NCBI GenBank assembly: GCA_024400115.1
Contig: JAKSNF010000015.1
Location: 13,158 to 53,157 of the forward strand
Source: Paludibacteraceae bacterium
Lineage (GTDB): Bacteria; Bacteroidota; Bacteroidia; Bacteroidales; Paludibacteraceae
DNA: 40,000 nt
Direction: 5' to 3'
The position numbers and the translations under genes were made by a program. Shown here piece after piece: positions 24,291 to 30,792 of the stretch. The stretch's first letter is position 1. Every line of letters starts with the position of its first letter. The notes below the pieces were generated by a model that saw nothing but the letters and a program-made list of their open reading frames with translations, had not been told where the DNA came from and searched no databases.

Positions 24291-24416
24291 TCATCTTATT
24301 CCCAATTCGGCCTCACGTTTATCTACGGAAGCCATCCACTCTTGTTTCAAATTCATAGTTGCCAATAATGCGGCACGAAACTCTTCATCTGAATACATTC
24401 TAAAATCTTTTTCCAT
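24291..24416 (-). CDS. Orphan 41-aa ORF with its own consensus promoter
   Basis: My manual translation gives MEKDFRMYSDEEFRAALLATMNLKQEWMASVDKREAELGIR. The promoter at 24507-24538 lies upstream and a long imperfect hairpin (24246-24297) covers the stop. I recognise no family. Confidence 0.35.
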   Translation of the reverse strand: MEKDFRMYSDEEFRAALLATMNLKQEWMASVDKREAELGIR

Positions 24417-24506
24417 AGTCTTTGTTTTTTATATGTCATGCATCGCCTTACGCTATCTGTCAATCATAGGCGGGGTTTGTTTTTTCGTGTTTTGCAGTTT
24501 GCGCTG

Positions 24507-24538
24507 CAAAATTACAATATTTTCTTGATATATGCAAA
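24507..24538 (-). promoter_or_regulatory. Bacteroidetes-type promoter for the 41-aa ORF
   Basis: On the minus strand: TTTG (24538-24535), a 20-nt spacer, then TAATTTTG (24514-24507). It is nearly identical to the cassette at 24135-24185. Confidence 0.7.
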
Positions 24539-24657
24539 TAAAAATGCACTTTTCTGCCAAAATACCCCCTCTTTTACATCAGTGGGTGACGGGCAGGTAC
24601 GTCTGCCGGACGATATTTTTTATTTCGCTTGCAAAATAACAACTTTTTAACAAAAAC

Positions 24658-26277
24658 CTACCACACCTCCTGTGTATTCAGATTGGGGTCTTTGGGATAA
24701 TCAATCGTATAATGCAGTCCCCTACTCTCCTTGCGCTCCAAGGCTTGGCGAGTGATGAGATAACCGATATTGATCATGTTTCTCAACTCACATATATCCT
24801 TGGTTGCCTTCACGCGTTTGAACAGGTCTTCGGTCTCCTCGTAGAGCAGGTCCAATCGTTCCCAAGCGCGATGCAGACGCAGGTCACTACGAACGATACC
24901 CACATAGGTGGACATAATCTGTCCCACTTCGCGTATATCTTGCGAGATAAGCACTTTCTCTTCATTACTCATCGTTCCTTCGTCGTTCCACTTAGGCACT
25001 TTCTCATTGAACGTGTAGTTATCTACCATACTCAACGAGTGTTTGGCTGCGGCATCGGCATAAACGACCGCCTCAATCAGCGAGTTAGACGCCAAGCGGT
25101 TACCGCCATGCAGACCTGTACACGAACATTCGCCCACAGCATAGAGCCGATGAATCGAACTCTCGCCGTCAAGGTTAACTTGAATACCTCCACACATATA
25201 GTGAGCACAAGGTGCCACAGGGATATACTCTTTCGTTATGTCAATGCCTATACTCAGACACTTAGCGTATATATTGGGGAAGTGGTGTTTGGTTTCTTCG
25301 GGATCTTTGTGGGTCACGTCGAGGCAGACGTGGTCCAAACCATGTATCTTCATCTCGTTATCTATCGCACGAGCCACTATATCACGGGGAGCGAGACTCA
25401 GACGCTCATCGTATTTCTGCATAAACTCCTCTCCATTGGGCAGACGCAGTATGCCTCCGTATCCGCGCATCGCTTCGGTGATGAGGTAAGCGGGATGGGT
25501 CTCCCCCGGGTGGAAGAGAGCGGTTGGGTGGAACTGCACAAACTCCATATCCTTGACTTTGCCCTTGGCACGATAGACCATCGCTATACCATCCCCTGTG
25601 GCTATATTAGGATTGGTCGTTGTAGCATAGACAGCCCCCGTGCCGCCGGTAGCGATAAGGGTGATGCGACTGAGGTAGGTGTCAATCTTTTGGGTCTTAG
25701 GATTGAGGATATAAGCGCCATAGCACTCGATGTCGGGCGTGCGGCGGGTCACACGTACACCCAGATGGTGCTGGGTGATGATTTCCACAGCAAAATGGTT
25801 CTCTAAAACGGTGATATAAGGGTTATTTCTAACGGCAGCCATCAGTCCTCGTTGTATCTCTGCACCTGTGTCATCAGCGTGGTGAAGGATACGGAACTCG
25901 GAGTGACCGCCCTCGCGGTGGAGGTCGAAATTGCCATCCTCTTTCTTATCGAAATTAACGCCCCATTGGAGCAGGTCTTGTATTCCGGCAGGAGCATTAC
26001 GAACCACTTGTTCTACGGCTGCGGGGTCACTGATCCAGTCACCTGCCACCATGGTGTCGTGGATATGTTTCTCGTAATCATCTACGAGAAGGTTAGTTAC
26101 ACTGGCAATACCTCCTTGTGCTTTGGCTGTATTGGCTTCTTCCAAGGTTGTTTTGCAACATAGTGCAATACGATATTGTTTTTCCGGATGCTCGGCTGCA
26201 TAGCGAGCAATCTTAAGAGCGAAACTCATTCCGGCAACTCCGCCACCGATAATGAGAAAATCATATTTACAAGTCAT
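24658..26277 (-). CDS. nadB: L-aspartate oxidase
   Basis: Track ORF 24658..26355. I use the ATG at 26277 (MTCKYDFLIIGGGVAGMS) because the consensus promoter at 26302-26333 lies inside the longer ORF. It shows an FAD-binding fold and succinate-dehydrogenase/fumarate-reductase-like motifs (HPTAL, RGYGG, GECSCTGLHGGNRLASNSL). Confidence 0.92.
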   Translation of the reverse strand: MTCKYDFLIIGGGVAGMSFALKIARYAAEHPEKQYRIALCCKTTLEEANTAKAQGGIASVTNLLVDDYEKHIHDTMVAGDWISDPAAVEQVVRNAPAGIQDLLQWGVNFDKKEDGNFDLHREGGHSEFRILHHADDTGAEIQRGLMAAVRNNPYITVLENHFAVEIITQHHLGVRVTRRTPDIECYGAYILNPKTQKIDTYLSRITLIATGGTGAVYATTTNPNIATGDGIAMVYRAKGKVKDMEFVQFHPTALFHPGETHPAYLITEAMRGYGGILRLPNGEEFMQKYDERLSLAPRDIVARAIDNEMKIHGLDHVCLDVTHKDPEETKHHFPNIYAKCLSIGIDITKEYIPVAPCAHYMCGGIQVNLDGESSIHRLYAVGECSCTGLHGGNRLASNSLIEAVVYADAAAKHSLSMVDNYTFNEKVPKWNDEGTMSNEEKVLISQDIREVGQIMSTYVGIVRSDLRLHRAWERLDLLYEETEDLFKRVKATKDICELRNMINIGYLITRQALERKESRGLHYTIDYPKDPNLNTQEVW

Positions 26278-26301
26278 GATGTGTTTTTGCAAAAAACACT
26301 G

Positions 26302-26333
26302 CAAAGGTACAGTTTTTTTTTGGAATATGCAAA
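26302..26333 (-). promoter_or_regulatory. Bacteroidetes-type promoter for nadB
   Basis: On the minus strand: TTTG (26333-26330), a 20-nt spacer, then TACCTTTG (26309-26302). Confidence 0.75.
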
Positions 26334-26349
26334 AAAAGTTGTATCTTTG
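26319..26349 (+). promoter_or_regulatory. Bacteroidetes-type promoter for the small membrane protein gene
   Basis: TTTG at 26319-26322, a 19-nt spacer, then TATCTTTG at 26342-26349. It is interleaved with the divergent nadB promoter. Confidence 0.7.
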
Positions 26350-26370
26350 CAGCAAATTTTAACACAAACG

Positions 26371-26649
26371 ATGAATTTTGAAGGAATTATTTTAGGTTTA
26401 GCCACATTTTTGTTGATTGGCATATTCCACCCGATAGTGATTAAGAGTGAGTATTACTTTGGTGTAAAATGTTGGCCTATTTTTCTACTTGCAGGGTTGG
26501 CAGGCTGTGCAGGGTCGCTATTTGTAGATAACACCTACGCATCTGTTCTGTTAGGGGTGTTCAGTTTCTCCTGTTTCTGGTCCATATTGGAGTTATTTGA
26601 GCAACGAGAGCGCGTCAAAAAAGGCTTGTTTCCGAAGAAGCCAGCCTGA
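26371..26649 (+). CDS. Small 3-TM membrane protein (DUF4491-like)
   Basis: Track ORF 26176..26649. The ATG at 26371 (MNFEGIILGLATFLLIG) follows the consensus promoter at 26319-26349. The 92-aa product is hydrophobic. Confidence 0.6.
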   Translation: MNFEGIILGLATFLLIGIFHPIVIKSEYYFGVKCWPIFLLAGLAGCAGSLFVDNTYASVLLGVFSFSCFWSILELFEQRERVKKGLFPKKPA

Positions 26650-26660
26650 GAAATATTGAA

Positions 26661-28955
26661 TTAGATTTTCAAGTTCAGCCCTACGAAATAACTACGAGGT
26701 GTAAAGGGTCCGTAGATATAACTTGCATCCTTGTTCATACCTTTATCCAAATCTTTTTGGTATTGGTCTAATAGGTTCTTCACACCGGCACTAATCTCCA
26801 ACGTATAGTTTTTATACAAAGGTATCTCATACGCCAGTTTGATGTCCCACTCAAAGAATGGAGTCGTTTCCACTTCCTCGTCTTGAGGTATATATCCGGC
26901 GTAATGCTGTACCAACATATTGCCCGTTACTTTGCCGTTGGTGGTAATATTTAGCCCCTTAACAGGGTGCACATTCACAATAAAGAACCCATAGTGGTCA
27001 GGTGTGCGGAACATGCGTCGTTGAGGAGCAATAGTCGGACTCCATTGGAAATCTTCTATGTAGCGGCTTTGCTCGTAGGTGTAGCCCAATTGAAGTGTAA
27101 ATAATCTACCATACCCTATTTTGCCTTCTACGTTCACTCCTGCCACTCGTGCTCCAGAGGCATTAACACGCGTGAGCAACAGATTGCCCTGTTCATCGTG
27201 TCCGTCTTCGCGTAGGGCAAACACATTGTTGAGTTGGGTAAAGAATCCCTCTGCTGTGAAATTGATATCCCATTTTCTTACAGATTTATACCAATCAATA
27301 CTTAATGTAGCAGAGTGACTTCGCTCCTCTTTAAGATTGGGGTCCAACGAAATGAGATGGACTTCGCCACCTACTGCTCCCACATGCAAATCTTCGTCGT
27401 ATGTTTGTGGGGCACGGTATCCGCTTGCATAACCCACACGCAGAATCAAGTCCTTGATAGGTGTATAACGCACACTGGCACGCGGTGTAAAAATAGGCTT
27501 TTTAAGCAAGTTATGTTTCTCTAATCGTCCTCCTATCAAAATAGACCATTGCGTGTTCTTCCACTCGTTTTGCACATAACCGCCATAGAGATGCACCGTC
27601 TGCCAAAGATTTCGATTATAGCCCAAAATTTGGTCGTGCAGTTGGTTGAACGAATACTCTATACCGGCACTCAAATCCGCAGGCATCTTACCGCAAGGAT
27701 ACGAGAAACGATATTGACCACCCATCACAGCCGTTATATCCCTGGACTGACCATAGGCATTAGGGTTGTAATTGGTGCCGAAATAACTTTCACGCGCCGT
27801 GTGCTGAAACGAGACGTATGGTGTCACACTATGCCGATTGTCAGCAGTGTAATAGTCCCAACGAAGGCTACCGGCATCAATATTGTGTTTGAGTTGCTCT
27901 GTGAGGGGAGACTCGTGCGGCTGCAACGAATCAATTCCATAGCCACCACGGCGAAACTCGGTAGTATGATGATACTCAAGCGTTATTTTTGAATAATCGC
28001 TGGTTTTAAAGAAAGAACGAAAACCGAGTGTAGTCGTTTGCAACTTAGGTATATCGCTATAGCCGTCACCATCTCGGTCATATTGTTTGCGGTCACGTCT
28101 GACACCAAATAGATACAAACCTATTTTCTCATTGGGAGAGAGAACTGATGCGTTCATATTGGTATTGATATCAAACGAACCAGTCTCGGTAAAAGCACTT
28201 TGGTAGCTCAAGTTAATATAGTTGCGACAGGGTTCTTTAGTAATGATATTCACCACACCTCCTATTGCATTCGCGCCAAACAGGGCACTACACCCACCAC
28301 GAATCACTTCTACACAATCCACCATACCGGTAGGTATTTGCTCCAATCCATAAACACTGGCTAAAGACGAGAATATCGGGCGTGAGTCAAGCAAAATTTG
28401 ACTGTATTGTCCTTCCAAACCATTGATTCGCAGTTGAGGTACGCCACAGTTGCAGCAAGACATCTCTACACGCAAGCCGGGTTGAAAATTCAGCACATCT
28501 GCCATGGAATTAGAAGCAGTGTTTTCTATGACAAGTGGCGAGATTACATTGACAATAGTTGTCACTTCTTTTTGCTTGCTTGCGTATTTATTGGCGGAAA
28601 CCACTACATTATCTAATAAATAACTCGTCTCTTCTATTGCCACGTCCAGCACATAGGTAGAATCGGCTTGTATCGTTATAGGTACTTCCTTTGTTTTATA
28701 GCCCACGAAAGAGAAGACTACGATTTGAGAACCTAATGGCAGATTTTTTAGAAAAAAATGCCCGCTTTCGTCAGTAGTACAACCAATAGTTGTACCTTGC
28801 AGTTGAACATTTATATATCCCAAGTGCTCTTGGGTGGCTGCATCTAACACATGTCCCGTAATATGGGAATCGGTAGCAGCATATAGATGTATGGCGCACA
28901 TACACAATGTAGCCATACAAAATAGTTTTTGTATTGTTGACATACGATATTGCAT
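26661..28955 (-). CDS. TonB-dependent receptor with a carboxypeptidase-regulatory-like N-domain
   Basis: 764-aa ORF with a signal peptide. It has N-domain ITGHVLDAATQEHLGYINVQL, a plug (LRINGLEGQYSQILLDSRPIFS) and a barrel ending FVGLNLKI. Confidence 0.88.
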   Translation of the reverse strand: MQYRMSTIQKLFCMATLCMCAIHLYAATDSHITGHVLDAATQEHLGYINVQLQGTTIGCTTDESGHFFLKNLPLGSQIVVFSFVGYKTKEVPITIQADSTYVLDVAIEETSYLLDNVVVSANKYASKQKEVTTIVNVISPLVIENTASNSMADVLNFQPGLRVEMSCCNCGVPQLRINGLEGQYSQILLDSRPIFSSLASVYGLEQIPTGMVDCVEVIRGGCSALFGANAIGGVVNIITKEPCRNYINLSYQSAFTETGSFDINTNMNASVLSPNEKIGLYLFGVRRDRKQYDRDGDGYSDIPKLQTTTLGFRSFFKTSDYSKITLEYHHTTEFRRGGYGIDSLQPHESPLTEQLKHNIDAGSLRWDYYTADNRHSVTPYVSFQHTARESYFGTNYNPNAYGQSRDITAVMGGQYRFSYPCGKMPADLSAGIEYSFNQLHDQILGYNRNLWQTVHLYGGYVQNEWKNTQWSILIGGRLEKHNLLKKPIFTPRASVRYTPIKDLILRVGYASGYRAPQTYDEDLHVGAVGGEVHLISLDPNLKEERSHSATLSIDWYKSVRKWDINFTAEGFFTQLNNVFALREDGHDEQGNLLLTRVNASGARVAGVNVEGKIGYGRLFTLQLGYTYEQSRYIEDFQWSPTIAPQRRMFRTPDHYGFFIVNVHPVKGLNITTNGKVTGNMLVQHYAGYIPQDEEVETTPFFEWDIKLAYEIPLYKNYTLEISAGVKNLLDQYQKDLDKGMNKDASYIYGPFTPRSYFVGLNLKI

Positions 28956-29026
28956 TTAAGACCTCTACCGAAATGGGTAGAAGCCGAAGTAATTTATAAA
29001 AGTAAGGAATTTATTTAGGTGAAATA

Positions 29027-29386
29027 CTATGCCATCGGAGGTGCTCGCCAAACAAAATGGATACCATGAATCTGCTCTGCAAGACAATCTTGTTCGCTGC
29101 CAATGGTCTCAATATGACATTCCGAAAAATTACAATCAGTCGCTTGTGCCGATTCTGTAAAAAGGAAATTGCTATGAATACTGGCAATTAGATTAACTTG
29201 CCAAGCAGTGTGCCCACCATCATTTGAGGCGTGGTGCGAATTGCGGTGAATGTGCGAGTGAATAATCGTCACACCATTCACTACGTGTGCATGCACAAAG
29301 CAGTTAACATCCACATAATACACCGCAAAAAGCAGCAATAATCCTGCCGCCAATCCTCGTTTATATGATGTCCCAGATGTTCGCAT
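29027..29386 (-). CDS. His-rich membrane-anchored hypothetical protein
   Basis: 119-aa ORF with an N-terminal TM segment, then HAHVVNGVTIIHSHIHRNSHHASNDGGH. The consensus promoter at 29402-29433 is immediately upstream, and the ORF is probably co-transcribed with the TonB receptor. Confidence 0.6.
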   Translation of the reverse strand: MRTSGTSYKRGLAAGLLLLFAVYYVDVNCFVHAHVVNGVTIIHSHIHRNSHHASNDGGHTAWQVNLIASIHSNFLFTESAQATDCNFSECHIETIGSEQDCLAEQIHGIHFVWRAPPMA

Positions 29387-29401
29387 ACTCGAAATAACAC
29401 T

Positions 29402-29433
29402 GCAAAGGTACGAAAAAATTTTGATATATGCAA
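29402..29433 (-). promoter_or_regulatory. Bacteroidetes-type promoter for the His-rich protein / TonB receptor operon
   Basis: On the minus strand: TTTG (29433-29430), a 20-nt spacer, then TACCTTTG (29409-29402). Confidence 0.75.
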
Positions 29434-29563
29434 ATTTGGCGGCAATTATTTCCTATTTCCAATCACCTACCACCCCTTTTGTGGCATAATTTTTGATACA
29501 TTGTTATGTGTCGGCAATAGTGCCGATAGAAACCTAACTATTAACTTTTAAATTATTTGTTTT

Positions 29564-30133
29564 ATGAGAAGTATGACAACTTTCGATTTGCAGTATGCTC
29601 ACCGCTTCTACGGCTTTAAGGGCGAGGCGCAGTATCTGCACGGACACACCGGTACGCTGACCATTGAGGTGGAAGATACCATCAACGAAGGTGTGAACAT
29701 GATTTTCCCCTGCAACGAGATTAAAAAGACCGCTTGGGATGTGCTACGCAACTTTGACCACGCACTTGTTTTGCGTGAAGACGATCCGTTATTACCTGCC
29801 GTATTGGATGTTTATACCAAGCAGGGTATTCGTTACGGACACCCGCAAAACACAATGAAAGGTAAAGCTTTCAAGACGGAACTGGCAACTGCCTATCCCG
29901 ATTGCCGCTTGGTGGTAACCAAAGAGACAATGACCGTGGAAGGGTTTATTAAAATCGTCTATGACCTGCTGAAAGACAAACTGAATATTGTCAAGATTAC
30001 TTTCACCAGCGGGGATAACAAGGGGTCTGCTGACTTTGCGCCACGAAGTACTATGAATCGTTGTCCCTTATGCGGCATCACTCTAAACGAGCAAGGCGTC
30101 TGTCCCAAGTGTGGGTATAAAAAGGAATCCTAA
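29564..30133 (+). CDS. 6-pyruvoyl-tetrahydropterin synthase / QueD-fold protein with a C-terminal zinc ribbon
   Basis: 189-aa ORF. AHRF...LHGHTGTL is the His triad context of the PTPS/QueD fold. The C-terminus CPLCG...CPKCG is a CxxC-x12-CxxC ribbon. Confidence 0.7.
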   Translation: MRSMTTFDLQYAHRFYGFKGEAQYLHGHTGTLTIEVEDTINEGVNMIFPCNEIKKTAWDVLRNFDHALVLREDDPLLPAVLDVYTKQGIRYGHPQNTMKGKAFKTELATAYPDCRLVVTKETMTVEGFIKIVYDLLKDKLNIVKITFTSGDNKGSADFAPRSTMNRCPLCGITLNEQGVCPKCGYKKES

Positions 30134-30153
30134 ATCCTCACGCTTTTTCCTTC

Positions 30154-30221
30154 AAAAAAGAGCAACCCGTGAAGGTTGCTCTAATTTTATGTCACCGACT
30201 TACATTCGTAATCCTACATAA
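30154..30221 (-). ncRNA. Candidate small RNA (orphan promoter plus intrinsic terminator, about 65-70 nt)
   Basis: The consensus minus-strand promoter (30229-30260) points into a gene-free spacer. On the minus strand a 9-bp GC-rich hairpin (30159-30182) is followed by TTTTT. The only ATGs in between are followed immediately by stops. Confidence 0.35.
30159..30182. terminator. Hairpin terminator, bidirectional in position (better U-tract on the minus strand)
   Basis: AGAGCAACC-cgtgaa-GGTTGCTCT forms a 9-bp stem. The minus strand continues TTTTTGAAGG and the plus strand continues AATTTTAT. It lies 26 nt after the PTPS-like stop. Confidence 0.65.
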
Positions 30222-30228
30222 TAGGCTG

Positions 30229-30260
30229 CAAAATTACAACTTTTTTATCAAATATGCAAA
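30229..30260 (-). promoter_or_regulatory. Orphan Bacteroidetes-type promoter with no CDS downstream
   Basis: On the minus strand: TTTG (30260-30257), a 20-nt spacer, then TAATTTTG (30236-30229). A 22-nt stretch GCTGCAAAATTACAACTTTTTT is identical to the cassette at 24132-24153. Confidence 0.65.
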
Positions 30261-30264
30261 TAAA

Positions 30265-30296
30265 TTTGCACAATTCAAATATTTGTAGTAATTTTG
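30265..30296 (+). promoter_or_regulatory. Bacteroidetes-type promoter for panD
   Basis: TTTG at 30265-30268, a 20-nt spacer, then TAATTTTG at 30289-30296. Confidence 0.7.
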
Positions 30297-30322
30297 CATG
30301 CTCAATCAGATTATTATCCTAC

Positions 30323-30384
30323 AGCGTAGCGGTCTTTCAGCCGAAGGCGGTCCTTCAGTGAAACGGTCTTGCAGCTCAGCGGTC
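30323..30384. repeat. 16-18-bp tandem repeat in the panD 5' leader
   Basis: (G/A)CGGTC starts at 30329, 30347, 30363 and 30379. The first three copies are followed by TTTCAG, CTTCAG and TTGCAG. The repeat lies between the panD promoter and the ATG at 30399. Confidence 0.85.
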
Positions 30385-30398
30385 AAAAATAAAGAATT

Positions 30399-30743
30399 AT
30401 GTTTTTAACAATACTCAAATCAAAGATTCATCGCGTCAAAGTGACGGAAGCCAATCTCGAATATATCGGCTCTATCACGATAGATGAGGATTTAATGGAT
30501 GCAGCCGGTATTCTTGCCGGTGAACAAGTAAGCGTGGTAGATAACACCAACGGTGCCCGCCTTGAGACTTATGTTATTGCCGGTAAACGCGGAAGCGGTT
30601 GTATATGCATGAACGGTGCTGCCGCCCATCTGATGCACGTTGGTGACACCGTCATTATCATGGCTTACGCCCTTATGACACCCGAAGAGGCGAAGACGTT
30701 TAAACCTATGATTGTTTTTCCGGAAAACAACCTTTTAGTTTAG
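30399..30743 (+). CDS. panD: Aspartate 1-decarboxylase
   Basis: 114-aa [32 protein letters not shown] contains the Gly-Ser self-processing site. The stop TAG lies in the first unit of a heptamer tract. Confidence 0.92.
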   Translation: MFLTILKSKIHRVKVTEANLEYIGSITIDEDLMDAAGILAGEQVSVVDNTNGARLETYVIAGKRGSGCICMNGAAAHLMHVGDTVIIMAYALMTPEEAKTFKPMIVFPENNLLV

Positions 30744-30791
30744 AGTTTAGAGTTGAGAGAAGCCGTCTAGTTTATAAGTTTAGAGTTAATT
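30738..30791. repeat. Composite intercistronic element E2: GTTTAGA units + AGCCGTCTAG + GTTTAGA units
   Basis: Sequence: GTTTAGA GTTTAGA GTTGAGA G-AAGCCGTCTAG-TTTATAA GTTTAGA GTTAATT. The first unit supplies the panD stop TAG. The element ends 2 nt before the tgt ATG. Confidence 0.9.
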
Positions 30792-30792
30792 A

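Noticed and set aside
24226-24294. A 22-aa ORF (MRLSVDNINRESPYWVLQLSFS) overlapping the 41-aa ORF stop as ATGA. It could be a truncated toxin.
   Set aside because: It is too short and lies within the long hairpin. It has no recognisable toxin motif. It is noted only under the 41-aa ORF finding.
24620-24657. A promoter-like cassette fragment, GCTTGCAAAATAACAACTTTTT, next to the nadB stop.
   Set aside because: Its -7 box is TTATTTTG, a mismatch at the conserved A. No TTTG sits at the 19-21-nt spacing, and there is no downstream gene before the next promoter. It is probably a decayed cassette copy.
24712-25806. A 364-aa ORF on the plus strand, with further plus-strand ORFs at 25238-25489 and 25852-26163.
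   Set aside because: These lie entirely antisense to the well-supported nadB gene. They have no family motifs, no promoter and no sensible start context. They are typical shadow ORFs. The same reasoning applies to the many 60-180-aa antisense ORFs inside the SusC-like, GH3, TonB receptor, priA and floA genes.
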